Of a DNA stretch of 64,000 nt, positions 9,901 to 21,264 are shown piece after piece. Source of the DNA: an uncultured Chlorobiaceae bacterium (GTDB lineage Bacteria; Bacteroidota; Chlorobiia; Chlorobiales; Chlorobiaceae). A program made the position numbers and the translations under genes. The stretch covers positions 2,170 through 66,169 of the forward strand of contig CAIOLC010000102.1 in assembly GCA_903859055.1 (NCBI GenBank), read 5' to 3'. Under the pieces are notes generated by a model that saw only the letters and a list, made by a program, of their open reading frames with translations, did not search any database and was not told the origin of the DNA. How positions within the stretch are numbered: the first letter of the stretch is position 1; each line of letters begins with the position of its first letter.

Positions 9901-12735
9901 TTAATGGGCCTCCAGCCAGTTTTTTCCAATTCCTGTATCGACCTCGACGGGTACGTTTTTAAGTCCACAAGTTATTGCGGCATCAATCATTGCCTGTTCA
10001 ACAAGGGCAGAAAGCGACTCTTTTTCTGTCGTGGTGGTTTCAAAGATCAGTTCGTCATGAACTTGCAGAAGCATCACAGAGTGCATCTGTTTTTCGCGCA
10101 TCCGTGTGCTGCAGAGAATCATGGCGCATTTTATGATGTCAGCGGCTGTTCCCTGAATCGGGGTATTCATCGCTGCCCGTTCTGCGGCTTTCTGCACATT
10201 TGTATTGCGACTGTTGAGGTCCGCGATGTAACGACGCCTTCCGAGAAGAGTGGTGACATAGCCGATTTTTTTTCCTCTTTCGATAATGTTCTGCAAAGAG
10301 TCGAAGAGACACGGATATTTTGCTTTATAGGTGTCGATGATGACTTTGGCCTCCTTCTGGGAAATATTGAGCCGTCGTGCCAGGCCAAAAGGCATGATCC
10401 CATAGAGAACTCCGAAGTTTACCTCTTTGGCTTTGCGGCGCATATCGCCGGTAATCTCATGCAAACCAAAAATTACCCTGGCCGTTGCGGTGTGGATATC
10501 TTCACGGTTGTGAAATGCTTCAAGAAGTTGGGGGTCTCCCGAAATTTCCGCAGCAATCCGGAGTTCAATCTGTGAGTAGTCAGCCGACAGCAACCAGTTT
10601 TCGGGGGTTGATGGAACAAAAGCGCGGCGGATCTCCCTGCCAAGAGGGCTCCGAACAGGAATGTTCTGAAGATTTGGATTCGAGGATGACAAGCGCCCTG
10701 TAGCGGTAACACACTGATTGAAGGAGGTGTGCACTCTTCCTGTTGAAGGATTTACTATTTTTGGCAGTGCATCAATATAGGTGCCCTTGAGTTTCTGGAG
10801 GCTTCGGTACTCCAGGAGGTCACGTGCAACAGGATGCGCTGTGGCAAGCTCTTCGAGCACCTCGACATTGGTTGAAAAGCCGGTTTTTATTGTTTTTCGT
10901 GCAGGGAGCCCAAGGACGTTAAACAGAATGTGCGAAAGCTGTTTCGGAGAGTCGATGTTGAAAGGGGCACCAGCAGTACGGTAGATCTTTTCAGTGAGCA
11001 GCTCAAGCTCTTTTTCTGCGGTAACAGAGGCTTGTGCGAGATGTGCTGAATCGATGCTTATGCCTGCGTATTCCATGCTCGCCAGAACAGAGACCAGGGG
11101 AAACTCTATCTTTTCACAGAGCCAGAGCAGCTCTTTTTTTTCAGCAAGTTTTTTACGGAACAGGTTTTCAAGCTGAAGGGCAAGATCGGCATCCTGACAG
11201 GCATAGTCAGAGAGTTTTGCCGGTTCAACGTCAAAAATATTCACTTTTGCTTTTCCTGTGCCGACCAGTTCATCAAAGGTTGTTGTCTGGTAGCCGAGAT
11301 AGCGAGCCGCCAGATCATCAAGATTATGTGTCTCTTCAGGGTTGATCACATAACTGGCAAGCATGGTGTCAAATCCGACGGGCGAGAGTTCGATGCCATA
11401 CTTTTTCAGAACAAGAGTGTCGTATTTGAGATTTTGGCCTATTTTCAGCACCAATGGATCTTCAAGCAGGGGCTTGAGGAGTTTTAACACCACCTTCCGA
11501 TCAAGCGCGCTATGAGAAAATGAGATAAAGTGTGCTTTTTTCATTGCAACTGACAGAGAGATACCTGCCAGTTCAGCTTCAAAGGTATTGAGACTGGTTG
11601 TCTCCGTATCAACGGCCAGGCGTGCAGTGCCTTGCAGTGATGCCATCAAATGGTGCAATTTTTCTGTTGTATCAATCAGCTCATAGTCTCCCTCACCCCT
11701 CGGTGAGCGAAGCACAGGCTGTGCTTCAGGGGGAGTCTCAAGATCTGTTTCATGCGGAGCCTCATCGCCACTGGGATTCTGCAAAAAAGCCTCAAAAATG
11801 GTTGGTATTCGTGATGCAATGGATTTAAAGCCAAGTTTTTGCAGTAGTGGCACCAGTTTTGTCCGATCCGGGAATCCGCACGCAAGATCATGCAGTGTCA
11901 AGTCAATCTGCAGGTCAGTGCGTATGGTGACCAGTTGCGTGATCAGCTCCAGAGTGGGACGAAATTCTTCAAGACTCTGCCGGGTTTTGGGAGAGATATG
12001 GTCAAGATTCTTGTAGATATTTTCCAGCGACCGGTATTTTTCGAGCAAGGTTGTGGCTGTTTTCGGACCGATTCCTTTTGCCCCGGGAATATTGTCTGAG
12101 GTATCCCCGGTCAGAGTCAAAAACTGGGTGAAAAGCTCAGGAGGAACTCCAAAATGTTCCTTAATTTCTTTAGAGCCGAGAAGCTCCAGTTCATTCTGGT
12201 TTTTGCCGGGCTTGAGAATATGTACACCCTCGTGAACAAGCTGGGCGAGATCCTTGTCAGGGGTAACTATGTACACCTGGCAGCTCTTTTCAAACTTTTT
12301 TGCTGCTGTGCCGATAAGGTCATCAGCCTCGTATCCCGGGGTTTTGATAAGCGGAATATTGAAGGCATCAAGAATTTCGAAGATAGCATCAAGCTGCACA
12401 ATAAGCTCTTCAGGTGGCGCAGCCCTGTTGGCTTTATAGGTCGGGAGAAGCGCGTGCCGAAAGGTTTTTTCCTTGCTGTCAAAGACCGCTGCGAGATAGT
12501 GTGGCTTATACGTTTCAAAAATTTTTAATAACGCGGTTACAAAACCATAGACCGCGCCGGTTGGCATTCCCTCATTACTCGTCATTCCGGCCCGTTGCAG
12601 GGCAAAAAAAGCACGGTAGACCATTGCCATCCCGTCGATAAGAAAAAGGGCTGGTTTTTCACGGATGGGCGCCGGTTTTTCTGTTTTGCTCTCCTGGCTG
12701 TCAGGCGGAAAGAAGTCGAGTTGACGATTGTTCAT
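9901..12735 (-). CDS. polA: DNA polymerase I
   Basis: LIDG/GYEADD 5'-3' exonuclease, DTETT 3'-5' exonuclease, ADYSQIELR, KEVNFG, LQVHDEL. Confidence 0.98.
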   Translation of the reverse strand: MNNRQLDFFPPDSQESKTEKPAPIREKPALFLIDGMAMVYRAFFALQRAGMTSNEGMPTGAVYGFVTALLKIFETYKPHYLAAVFDSKEKTFRHALLPTYKANRAAPPEELIVQLDAIFEILDAFNIPLIKTPGYEADDLIGTAAKKFEKSCQVYIVTPDKDLAQLVHEGVHILKPGKNQNELELLGSKEIKEHFGVPPELFTQFLTLTGDTSDNIPGAKGIGPKTATTLLEKYRSLENIYKNLDHISPKTRQSLEEFRPTLELITQLVTIRTDLQIDLTLHDLACGFPDRTKLVPLLQKLGFKSIASRIPTIFEAFLQNPSGDEAPHETDLETPPEAQPVLRSPRGEGDYELIDTTEKLHHLMASLQGTARLAVDTETTSLNTFEAELAGISLSVAMKKAHFISFSHSALDRKVVLKLLKPLLEDPLVLKIGQNLKYDTLVLKKYGIELSPVGFDTMLASYVINPEETHNLDDLAARYLGYQTTTFDELVGTGKAKVNIFDVEPAKLSDYACQDADLALQLENLFRKKLAEKKELLWLCEKIEFPLVSVLASMEYAGISIDSAHLAQASVTAEKELELLTEKIYRTAGAPFNIDSPKQLSHILFNVLGLPARKTIKTGFSTNVEVLEELATAHPVARDLLEYRSLQKLKGTYIDALPKIVNPSTGRVHTSFNQCVTATGRLSSSNPNLQNIPVRSPLGREIRRAFVPSTPENWLLSADYSQIELRIAAEISGDPQLLEAFHNREDIHTATARVIFGLHEITGDMRRKAKEVNFGVLYGIMPFGLARRLNISQKEAKVIIDTYKAKYPCLFDSLQNIIERGKKIGYVTTLLGRRRYIADLNSRNTNVQKAAERAAMNTPIQGTAADIIKCAMILCSTRMREKQMHSVMLLQVHDELIFETTTTEKESLSALVEQAMIDAAITCGLKNVPVEVDTGIGKNWLEAH

Positions 12736-13583
12736 GCTTCCACTACCCCGTAGCTTCCAAGAACATTCACCATGGTGGCAAATTCCCTGAGATGGTCGAG
12801 TGCGTTGAGGATATTCGGGTTCTCCCGATGGCCAATAAAATCCACATAAAAGAGGTACTCAAAGGCCTTTTTTCTGAATGGTCTCGACTCGATTTTTGTC
12901 AGGTCGATCTTGCGCATGGCAAAGGTGGCCAGAGCGTTAAAAAGGGAGCCTTGTTCGTTGGGAAGCGCAAAAGCGATTGATGTTTTGTATTGTGATGTAT
13001 CAAGTGCGGTTGCATTTTCCAGCAGCTTCAGGGACGGGTGGTTTTCATTATGCGTTATACAGAAAAAGCGGGTGATGTTCCACTCTTCATCAGCCAGATT
13101 TTCTTTCATGATTTCCAGCCCATAAAGTTTCCCGGCCCTTTTTGAGGCAATGGCAAGTTTCGTCAAATCTTTTTCGGCAGCAATCATTTTAGCACTGCCG
13201 GCAGTATCATAGGCAGCTTCAGCTTTGAGTCCCTTGTGTGTCGCAAAAAAATTTCTGCATTGAGCCAACGCCTGGGGATGGGAGAGTACCTTCACAGCGT
13301 TCTCTACAGAAGCACCCTGGAGACCAAGCAGGCAGTGTTCAACTTTCACAAATGTTTCTGCTGCTATTGTTACCGGATGCTGGAGCAGAAGGTCATAGTT
13401 CTGGTGAATGCTGCCGCCGAGTGAATTTTCTATCGGGATAACAGCATAATCGACTCTGCGCTGCTCAACAGCGGAAAAGACCTCTTCAAATGATTCGCAT
13501 GGAACTGGAACTCCAATCCGGAGCGCTGCGATTTCACTATATGCTCCAGGTTCTCCCTGGTAGGCAATCATCAAGTTTGTCAT
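12732..13583 (-). CDS. pheA: Prephenate dehydratase (PDT + ACT domains)
   Basis: IAYQGEPGAYSE, PIENSLGG, SHPQALAQC, NITRF, LTKIESRP. Confidence 0.95.
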   Translation of the reverse strand: MTNLMIAYQGEPGAYSEIAALRIGVPVPCESFEEVFSAVEQRRVDYAVIPIENSLGGSIHQNYDLLLQHPVTIAAETFVKVEHCLLGLQGASVENAVKVLSHPQALAQCRNFFATHKGLKAEAAYDTAGSAKMIAAEKDLTKLAIASKRAGKLYGLEIMKENLADEEWNITRFFCITHNENHPSLKLLENATALDTSQYKTSIAFALPNEQGSLFNALATFAMRKIDLTKIESRPFRKKAFEYLFYVDFIGHRENPNILNALDHLREFATMVNVLGSYGVVEA

Positions 13584-13701
13584 TGTTTTTTCTTGTTGTT
13601 AACTTGCGGAAACGGGCCGCGTTTTGGTTTTATTTAAAGAAAATAAATCTATTATCATAGGCGGGATTATCGGAGGATTAACAAATCAGCAGTTTTTTAT
13701 C

Positions 13702-14454
13702 ATGTCAGGACATAGTAAATGGGCAACAATTAAAAGGAAAAAGGCAGCGACTGATCAGAAACGGGGCAGCTTGTTTACCAAGCTGGTCAAAGAGATTACC
13801 ATTGCAGCTAAAATGGGCGGAGGTGATCCGGCAGGCAATCCACGTCTCCGGCTTGCCATCGACACGGCAAGAGATAACTCCATGCCAATGGATAACATTC
13901 AGCGCGCCATCAAAAAAGGCACTGGAGAGCTTGAGGGGGTTATATGGGATGAGATTACCTACGAAGGGTATGGCCCGGCTGGAATTGCGCTGATTATTGA
14001 AACAGCCACTGATAATCGCAACCGCACAGTGGCTGATCTCCGTCATATTATGAGCCGCAATAATGGTTCGCTTGGTGAAAGTGGCAGTGTCAGTTGGATG
14101 TTCCAGCGCAAGGGCACTCTGGAGGTGCTGAAGTCAGCCGCGAGTGAGGATCTGCTGATGGAGAGATTGCTTGATGCCGGTCTTGAAGACCTCAGCGGGG
14201 AGAGTGACGACTATTTTACCGTTACTACCGATATCAGGGAGCTTGAAACTGCAAAGCAGGCGCTTGACGCAGCAGGAATTGCCTGGGAGAATGCCAAAAT
14301 TGACCTTGTATCCGAGAATTATATTGAGCTGGAGGCGGAGGATGCACGGAAAGTGATCAAACTGATCGATGCTCTTGAGAGTAATGATGATGTGCAGGCG
14401 GTCTACAGTAATATGGAGATAAGTGAGAGCGCAATGGAGAGTTTAAACGAGTAA
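13702..14454 (+). CDS. yebC: YebC/PmpR family protein
   Basis: [29 protein letters not shown]; start placed at the ATG at 13702. Confidence 0.95.
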   Translation: MSGHSKWATIKRKKAATDQKRGSLFTKLVKEITIAAKMGGGDPAGNPRLRLAIDTARDNSMPMDNIQRAIKKGTGELEGVIWDEITYEGYGPAGIALIIETATDNRNRTVADLRHIMSRNNGSLGESGSVSWMFQRKGTLEVLKSAASEDLLMERLLDAGLEDLSGESDDYFTVTTDIRELETAKQALDAAGIAWENAKIDLVSENYIELEAEDARKVIKLIDALESNDDVQAVYSNMEISESAMESLNE

Positions 14455-14457
14455 ACG

Positions 14458-15021
14458 ATGGTTGTTCTCGGGATTGATCCCGGTAGTCTTAACACCGGTT
14501 ATGGCATCATTCGTCATGACTCCAGTGGTTTTTCTCTGCTTGTCTGTGGGGTGATCCGGCTTCACTCCAGTAAAAGTCATCCTGAACGCATAGGTCAGAT
14601 ATGCAGGGAACTCGAAGAGGTGATTGTTGCTTTCCAGCCGGAACGACTGGCTCTTGAAACCGCTTTTCTCAGCAGGAATGTGCAGTCAGCCCTGAAGCTT
14701 GGTCAGGTACGTGGTGCGGTTATAGCTCTTGCGATGAGTCGTCATCTTGCTCTGCATGAGTATGCGCCTCGTGAGGTCAAATCGGCAATCACCGGCAGAG
14801 GAGCGGCAAGCAAGGAGCAGGTTGCTTTTATGGTGGCGCGTATACTTGGTATTACTGAGCCTCCCAACTCTTATGATGTTACTGATGCGCTCGGCATAGC
14901 GCTGTGTGATCTGCTTCGGGGAGAGAGTCGTGCCCAGGGTTCGCCTTCCGTGAAGAGAGGGAAGAGGGGGGGAAGCTGGTCGCAGTTCGTCACTGCATCG
15001 CCCGGGATGGTTATCCGTTAG
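14458..15021 (+). CDS. ruvC: Holliday junction endonuclease
   Basis: LGIDPG...[22 protein letters not shown]. Confidence 0.95.
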   Translation: MVVLGIDPGSLNTGYGIIRHDSSGFSLLVCGVIRLHSSKSHPERIGQICRELEEVIVAFQPERLALETAFLSRNVQSALKLGQVRGAVIALAMSRHLALHEYAPREVKSAITGRGAASKEQVAFMVARILGITEPPNSYDVTDALGIALCDLLRGESRAQGSPSVKRGKRGGSWSQFVTASPGMVIR

Positions 15022-15093
15022 TTTCTCGAGCGAGTCAGGAAGTTTTGTATCTTGCGAAGAGCTGATATGACACAATAAACTAAATGCATCACT

Positions 15094-15642
15094 GTGGAAG
15101 GTCGTATCTTTAATCTGCCGAATTCTCTCAGTTTTCTGAGAATACTCTTGATTCCCTGGTTTCTCTACTCCTATCATGATGGTCATCTCAAGATTGCGAT
15201 TGCCATCATGATAGTTGCTGTGCTTAGCGACTGGTTTGACGGGCGAGTGGCCCGATGGACCAATGAGGTCTCTGAAATGGGGAAAATTATTGACCCTCTT
15301 GCTGACAAACTCTGTCTTGCAAGTGTAGCCATCTATTTTCTTGTGGTTGGCCAGCTTCCCTTATGGTTTGTGCTTTTTGTGGTTTTCAGAGACATCCTGA
15401 TTTTTATTGGCGCAGTCTATGTAAAATTCCGCCATTCTGTTGTAACGACCTCTCTCTGGCCGGGGAAGTGGGCAGTGGGATTTGTCTCCATGCTGTTTAT
15501 TGTTATGGTCTGGCCCCATCCTTTTTTTAAACTCTATCCTCTCAAGGAGCTTTTTTTATACCTTTCTACCGCAGCACTTGTCTACTCCTTTTCACAGTAC
15601 TGTATTAGATTTTACAGAATTCACAAGGGATTGGATTACTGA
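15094..15642 (+). CDS. CDP-alcohol phosphatidyltransferase (PgsA-like)
   Basis: NLPNSLSFLR; SDWFDGRVAR...GKIIDPLADK motif. Confidence 0.9.
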   Translation: MEGRIFNLPNSLSFLRILLIPWFLYSYHDGHLKIAIAIMIVAVLSDWFDGRVARWTNEVSEMGKIIDPLADKLCLASVAIYFLVVGQLPLWFVLFVVFRDILIFIGAVYVKFRHSVVTTSLWPGKWAVGFVSMLFIVMVWPHPFFKLYPLKELFLYLSTAALVYSFSQYCIRFYRIHKGLDY

Positions 15643-15866
15643 GTGCCAGCGGTTAATCATTTCTCCTCAACACAAAGAGCACTTCCGCGAAGTATCGTGC
15701 CAGTCAAAATGATGTGTTATGATATTGACAACTTTACAAAGAAAAGACCTTTATCGTCAACGGGTATCTCTAAGTCTTTTATTGAGTGATGCTTATCGTG
15801 TTTATTGGGTGATGGCCTGTTATGGTGAGAGTGTTGATAACTTGTTGGCAAGATGTTGCTGGTCGT

Positions 15867-15909
15867 TTAAGAAGCGCCCGATCCATTTGCTGAGCGGGCC
15901 GCTTCTTAA
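15867..15909. terminator. Hairpin between the convergent pgsA-like gene and lpxC-fabZ
   Basis: TTAAGAAGCG-CCCG ... CGGG-C-CGCTTCTTAA. Confidence 0.65.
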
Positions 15910-15915
15910 GGGCAG

Positions 15916-17313
15916 TTACTTGTTCTTTGGTACCACAGTGGCCATCAGAGAGGCTTCACAGGCAAGTTCACCCCGAACGTATGCTTTTGCATCAAACTGA
16001 CAGACGTTTCTGCGTCGGTTTGTCACAACAGCTTCAATGACAAGAGTATCACCCGGAAGAACCGGTTTGCGGAAGCGGGCTTTGTCAATACCCATAAAGT
16101 AGACCACACTTTCCTGAATATTATCATTCCCATTAAGCATCATGATGCCACCAGTTTGTGCCATAGCTTCAAGGATGAGGACTCCAGGCATGATAGGGTT
16201 TCCGGGAAAATGGCCCTGAAAGAAAGGTTCGTTGATGGTGACGTTTTTGATGGAGACAATTCTTTCGTCCAGTTTGAACTCCACAATTTTATCGATCAAC
16301 AGAAAAGGGTAGCGGTGTGGAAGTATTTTTTGAATAGCGTTGATATCAAAAATCACCCCCGCTTTTTTTTCATGCTGGTACTGCCGGGCAAGCTTGTTGC
16401 GATCGGCATATTTTTTCAGTTGCCGTACAAATTCAACATTAGAGGCGTGGCCCGGTCGGGCGGCAAGCACCTGTGCCTGCAACGGCATACCAAGCAGAGC
16501 AATGTCGCCGAGCAGGTCGAGGAGCTTGTGACGTGCAGGTTCGTTGGTAAAGCGAAGTTCGCGATTGTTGAGAATGCCATTTTCGCCAAGAAAAAGATTC
16601 TCTTTGCCCAGTGTTTTTCCCAGCGCATCAAGCTCTTCATCTTGCATTGCCTTGTCGATAATGACAAGAGCGTTGTCGATATCCCCCCCCTTGATAATGC
16701 CCTGATTTGCAAGTCCTTCAACTTCACTGAGAAAACAGAAGGTCCGTGAAGAGGAGAACTCGCTGACAAACTCCTTGTCCAGATCAAAAAGACCCGAGTG
16801 CTGTGAGCCGAGAGCAGGATTTTTGTAATCCACCATCACCGTGACCCTGAAGCTGTCGAGTGGCAAAGCTACAATATCAACGCTTTTTGCTGCATCATGG
16901 TATTCAATGGTCTCATCAATGACCAGGTAGTTTTTTGGTTCATCCTGCTCCTGGAAGCCAGCCTCAAGAAGCGCTTTGGCAAAGGGGTGAGAGCTTCCAT
17001 CCATGACCGGAGGCTCCGGGCCACTCAGCTCGATTCGGCAGTTATCAATCTGGAGCCCGTAAAGGGCTGCAAGCACATGCTCGGTGGTATGTACTTTGAC
17101 ACCGTTCAGTGCAATGGTGGTTCCCCGCAGGACATCAACGACATTGTCGATCAGCGCCGGTATTTCAGGGCTGTTTTCGATATCGGTGCGGACAAAACGG
17201 TAGCCGTAATTGATCGGGGCAGGTTTAAACGTAATGGTACATTTTTCGCCGGTGTGAAGTCCCGTGCCACAGAGAGAGAGCTCTTTTTGAAGAGAGCGTT
17301 GATGAATGAGCAT
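15916..17313 (-). CDS. lpxC-fabZ: Bifunctional LpxC deacetylase / FabZ dehydratase
   Basis: TTEHVLAAL and HKLLDLLGD (LpxC); [11 protein letters not shown] and [12 protein letters not shown] (FabZ). Confidence 0.96.
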   Translation of the reverse strand: MLIHQRSLQKELSLCGTGLHTGEKCTITFKPAPINYGYRFVRTDIENSPEIPALIDNVVDVLRGTTIALNGVKVHTTEHVLAALYGLQIDNCRIELSGPEPPVMDGSSHPFAKALLEAGFQEQDEPKNYLVIDETIEYHDAAKSVDIVALPLDSFRVTVMVDYKNPALGSQHSGLFDLDKEFVSEFSSSRTFCFLSEVEGLANQGIIKGGDIDNALVIIDKAMQDEELDALGKTLGKENLFLGENGILNNRELRFTNEPARHKLLDLLGDIALLGMPLQAQVLAARPGHASNVEFVRQLKKYADRNKLARQYQHEKKAGVIFDINAIQKILPHRYPFLLIDKIVEFKLDERIVSIKNVTINEPFFQGHFPGNPIMPGVLILEAMAQTGGIMMLNGNDNIQESVVYFMGIDKARFRKPVLPGDTLVIEAVVTNRRRNVCQFDAKAYVRGELACEASLMATVVPKNK

Positions 17314-17423
17314 AGTGTAATCGTTGCTCCTGGCCGGGTTGTCGGGCAGGAAATGAAACGCAAATTGTAATACCGGAAAAAATGCAGGTGGTCAAGATAC
17401 AAAAGAAGAGGTTCCTGTTCAAA

Positions 17424-18254
17424 TCAGGAGCCGGAGTGGCGCGCCATCAGCAGTTCTGTCTTGAAATGTTTCAGCGTTTTCTCAAGCAGCAGAGGATGGG
17501 TCACAACACTGCCAGCAAGAATGCTTCCTCCCCTGAAAATATCACTGTTTCCTGAAAAATCGGTAACTATTCCCCCCGCTTCACGCACCAGCAAGACACC
17601 CGCAGCAAAATCCCAGGGAGAAAGTTTAAACTCCCAGAAACCATCAAAGCGCCCGCAGGCCGTGTAGGCGAGGTCAATGGCCGCTGATCCTGCGCGTCGG
17701 ATGCCGGCAGAATCGTAGATGACATCACGTAACATATTGAGGGTGGAGTCGAGGTAGTGGTACTGGCTGAAGGGAAGGCCGGTTGCCATGAGAAAACTCT
17801 CTTTGTCTTTCCGGCTTGATATGGCAATTTTTTTCCCGTTCAGGTAAGCTCCCTCTCCAGCTTCAGCCGTAAACAGTTCGTCAAGTACCGGCTGATAGAC
17901 AACAGCGGTGAGCAGTTTGTGATTGCTGTCTCGCAGTGCTATGCTTATAGAAAAAACTGGAAAGGAGTGAATGAAGTTCAGAGTGCCATCAAGAGGGTCA
18001 ACAATCCATGTTCGACCCGACGAACCGTTCATGACGGTGCCCTCCTCGCAGAGCATGCTGTCGTCCGGAAAGCTTTCGGCAATACATGCGCTAATGGCGG
18101 CCTCACAAGCCTTGTCAACAACCGTGACAAAATCCTTGAACTGCTTGAGCTGGATTTCGGGATGAGAAAGTTCGCCAAATTTTTCGAGAGTAATCGCTCC
18201 GGCAGCCTGCGCAGCGTTGATGGCTACTCGCAGCTCATCGCTTCTCTGTGTCAT
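17424..18254 (-). CDS. suhB: Inositol monophosphatase family protein
   Basis: WIVDPLDGTLNF, RRAGSAA, WDFAAG. Confidence 0.92.
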   Translation of the reverse strand: MTQRSDELRVAINAAQAAGAITLEKFGELSHPEIQLKQFKDFVTVVDKACEAAISACIAESFPDDSMLCEEGTVMNGSSGRTWIVDPLDGTLNFIHSFPVFSISIALRDSNHKLLTAVVYQPVLDELFTAEAGEGAYLNGKKIAISSRKDKESFLMATGLPFSQYHYLDSTLNMLRDVIYDSAGIRRAGSAAIDLAYTACGRFDGFWEFKLSPWDFAAGVLLVREAGGIVTDFSGNSDIFRGGSILAGSVVTHPLLLEKTLKHFKTELLMARHSGS

Positions 18255-18460
18255 CTATCAGCATCAAAAGTGTTATTTTGTTTTGGGGATTAATATACTA
18301 TTTCTTTGTTTGAAATATGGGGGCGCGGATTTCAGTTCAAAAGTATTCTCCCATGTCCTGGCGGTACACTCGGCAGAGCAGCCAGGGGAATTAACAGCAG
18401 CAGATATCTGTTTCCTGTCGAGTACCAGTAAAAGGCTTTACAATTATTCTTCCAATATTT

Positions 18461-18946
18461 ATGAAACTCAGTATTTCAACGCTTCTGCTCTGTATCGGTT
18501 TGTGTTTTGTTTTTGCCTATGCTGGCAGCACCTTTACTCCGGTGCCAGGTTCCGAGTGGTACTACTCTTTGCTGAAGAGGCCTTCGTGGAATCCGCCGGA
18601 CTGGTTGTTTCCTCCTGTCTGGTCGATACTCTTTCTGCTCATGGGCACCTCGTTGGCTCTGGTTGTGGAGCAATGGGGCGAAAAAAAACAGATACAGGTG
18701 GCTCTTGTTGTTTTTGGAGTGCAGCTCCTGCTCAATCTCGGCTGGTCGGCCACCTTTTTCGGGCTTCACTCGCCCGTGATGGCTTTGGTGGTTATAGCTT
18801 TTCTGTGGATTGCCATTGTGTTGACGATTGTGCAATTCAGAGCGTTTTCACCCGTTGCGGCTTACCTCCTGATTCCTTATCTCTTGTGGGTGAGTTTTGC
18901 CGCGTATCTTAATTTTATTATCTGGCAGCTTAACTGGGTCAGTTGA
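18461..18946 (+). CDS. tspO: TspO/CrtK tryptophan-rich sensory protein
   Basis: WYYSLLKRPSWNPPDWLFPPVW, LNLGWSATFF, PYLLWVSFAAYLN. Confidence 0.93.
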   Translation: MKLSISTLLLCIGLCFVFAYAGSTFTPVPGSEWYYSLLKRPSWNPPDWLFPPVWSILFLLMGTSLALVVEQWGEKKQIQVALVVFGVQLLLNLGWSATFFGLHSPVMALVVIAFLWIAIVLTIVQFRAFSPVAAYLLIPYLLWVSFAAYLNFIIWQLNWVS

Positions 18947-19022
18947 TATTTTGTGATTGGTTGTCACTTCGATACGCGCTTTGCGCTACTCAGTGACCGG
19001 CGGTCGGTGGTGCAGAACACAA

Positions 19023-19058
19023 AAACGAAAAGCGCAGTATCGACTGCGCTTTTCGTTT
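19023..19058. terminator. Bidirectional intrinsic terminator between tspO and acs
   Basis: Perfect 16-bp stem AAACGAAAAGCGCAGT-ATCG-ACTGCGCTTTTCGTTT. Confidence 0.85.
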
Positions 19059-19084
19059 CAATATAGTAAGTGAAAAGCCGGGGC

Positions 19085-21076
19085 TCAGTCACTCTCCTGA
19101 TCACGAAGATTCTCAAGCACGCCGAAATCTTCGAGCGTGGTGATATCTCCCTTGATTTCGTTGCTTGTGGCAAGCTCGCGAAGAAGGCGGCGCATGATTT
19201 TGCCGCTGCGTGTTTTTGGCAACCCTTTAGCAGCCCATCTGATTTCATCGGGTTTTGCAATGGGACCAATCTCCTTGGCAACGTGGTTGCGGAGCGCATC
19301 ACGAAGTGCCATATCGCCGACATACTCATCTTTCAGTGTGACGAAGGCAACAAGAGCATTGCCCTTCAGTTCATCAGGACGGCTGACAACGGCGGCCTCT
19401 GCAACAGCCTCATGTGATACCAGAGCACTTTCGACTTCACTGGTGCCGAGACGGTGACCAGAGACGTTGACCACATCATCGACGCGTCCCATGATCCAGA
19501 TATAACCATCCTCATCCTTGCGAGCACCATCGCCGGTAAAGTACATGTCCTTGAAGTCAGACCAGTAGGTTTTTTCATAGCGCTCGTTGTCGCCATAGAT
19601 GGTACGAAGCATTGATGGCCATGGCTTTTTGATGACGAGATAGCCACCTTCGTTGGGTTCACATGGGGTGCCATCTTTTCGGACAACGTCAACCATAATG
19701 CCAGGAAGCGGTCGAGTGGCAGTACCAGGTTTTGTCGGGGTTGCGCCCGGTAGTGGAGAGACCATGATGCCACCGGTTTCTGTCTGCCACCAGGTATCAA
19801 CAATAGGACATCTCTCCTGTCCGACAACCTTGTGGTACCACATCCAGACATCAGGATTAATCGGTTCGCCGACGCTTCCGAGCAGGCGGAGTGAATTGAG
19901 GTTGTGTTTGGTGACCCACTCGTTTCCGGCGCGGATAAAGGCGCGGATAGCGGTTGGTGCGGTGTAGAGAATGGTGACCTTGTGGCGGTTGATGATATCC
20001 CAGAAGCGATCCCACTGGGGATAGTTCGGAGCGCCTTCATACATGAGCATGGTTGCGCCGTTGAGCAGAGGGCCATAAGCCATATAGCTGTGTCCGGTAA
20101 TCCAGCCTACATCAGCCGTACACCAGTAAATGTCCTCATCCTTGATATCAAAAACGTACTTGAAAGAGCTTGCTGCATGGACCATATATCCGGCGGTCGT
20201 ATGCAGAATTCCTTTTGGTTTGCCGGTTGAGCCGCTTGTGTAGAGCACAAAGAGCGGATGTTCAGAATCTACCTCAACCGGTTCGCACTCATCGGATGCA
20301 AGACCCATGAGATCATGCCACCAATGGTCCATGCCGTCGTGCATGTGAACAGTTTCGCCAGTTGCCTTGAGTACCATAACGTTGCGGACCGAAGGTGTGT
20401 TGACAATAGCTTCGTCAACAATGTTTTTCAGGTTGATCGAACCACCACGGCGTCGTGAACCGTCGGCGCAGATGATCATCTTGGCGCGCGAATCATTGAC
20501 ACGCTCCGTAATAGCGTGAGCTGAGAATCCTGCAAAAATAACGTTATGGACAGCTCCGACACGGGCACATGCAAGAACGGAGATAACCAGTTCTGGTACC
20601 ATACCCATATAAATAGCTACCCTGTCACCCGGCTTGATTCCTGCAATTTTCAGTACATTGGCAAACTTGCAGACCTGGCGATGCAGCTCTCCATAAGTCA
20701 AAACTCGCTGGTTTCCCTCTTCTCCTTCCCAGATAATGGCGGCCTTGTTCTTTCTCCAACTTTTTACATGAACGTCAAGAGCATTGTAGCAGATATTGGT
20801 TTTGCCACCATTAAACCATTTCGCATAAGGGCTGTTCCACTCCAGTACCGTGTCCCATTTTTTGAACCAGTGGAACTGTTCCGCAATTCCACCCCAATAA
20901 GCTTCAGGATCTGCTTCTGCTGCGGCATAAAGTTTCTCATACTCTTCCATTGAAGAGACATGCGAATTTTTCGAAAACTCCGCCGGAGGGGGAAATTTCC
21001 GCTTTTCAGACATGACAGAGCTGATCGATACCTCTTGCTGAGTGTTGGATGTTGTTTCGTCTGTAGCTGTAGCCAT
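19085..21076 (-). CDS. acs: Acetyl-CoA synthetase
   Basis: [39 protein letters not shown]. Confidence 0.97.
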   Translation of the reverse strand: MATATDETTSNTQQEVSISSVMSEKRKFPPPAEFSKNSHVSSMEEYEKLYAAAEADPEAYWGGIAEQFHWFKKWDTVLEWNSPYAKWFNGGKTNICYNALDVHVKSWRKNKAAIIWEGEEGNQRVLTYGELHRQVCKFANVLKIAGIKPGDRVAIYMGMVPELVISVLACARVGAVHNVIFAGFSAHAITERVNDSRAKMIICADGSRRRGGSINLKNIVDEAIVNTPSVRNVMVLKATGETVHMHDGMDHWWHDLMGLASDECEPVEVDSEHPLFVLYTSGSTGKPKGILHTTAGYMVHAASSFKYVFDIKDEDIYWCTADVGWITGHSYMAYGPLLNGATMLMYEGAPNYPQWDRFWDIINRHKVTILYTAPTAIRAFIRAGNEWVTKHNLNSLRLLGSVGEPINPDVWMWYHKVVGQERCPIVDTWWQTETGGIMVSPLPGATPTKPGTATRPLPGIMVDVVRKDGTPCEPNEGGYLVIKKPWPSMLRTIYGDNERYEKTYWSDFKDMYFTGDGARKDEDGYIWIMGRVDDVVNVSGHRLGTSEVESALVSHEAVAEAAVVSRPDELKGNALVAFVTLKDEYVGDMALRDALRNHVAKEIGPIAKPDEIRWAAKGLPKTRSGKIMRRLLRELATSNEIKGDITTLEDFGVLENLRDQESD

Positions 21077-21264
21077 TGATACCAGATTTTATGTGTTGAG
21101 AAAAAAGAAAAGCCCCCCCATCACAGGCATTCGGGAACATGGAAAATAATCAGTTGAAGCTGACATTAAAAGCCCGATGGCAAGTTTCTTTTCTTCAGCT
21201 TCAATTTTATTGAAAAAATATTTCCAGTAACTCTGTCCACTCAATACAGCTTCTTCTTTTTATA

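Noticed and set aside
15916-17313. LpxC-FabZ fusion as a novelty
   Set aside because: Well known in Bacteroidota and Chlorobiota.
21154-21204. 10-bp inverted repeat TTGAAGCTGA/TCAGCTTCAA between leuS and acs
   Set aside because: 31-nt spacer in AT-rich DNA; could be a terminator or an operator, but support is too thin to call.
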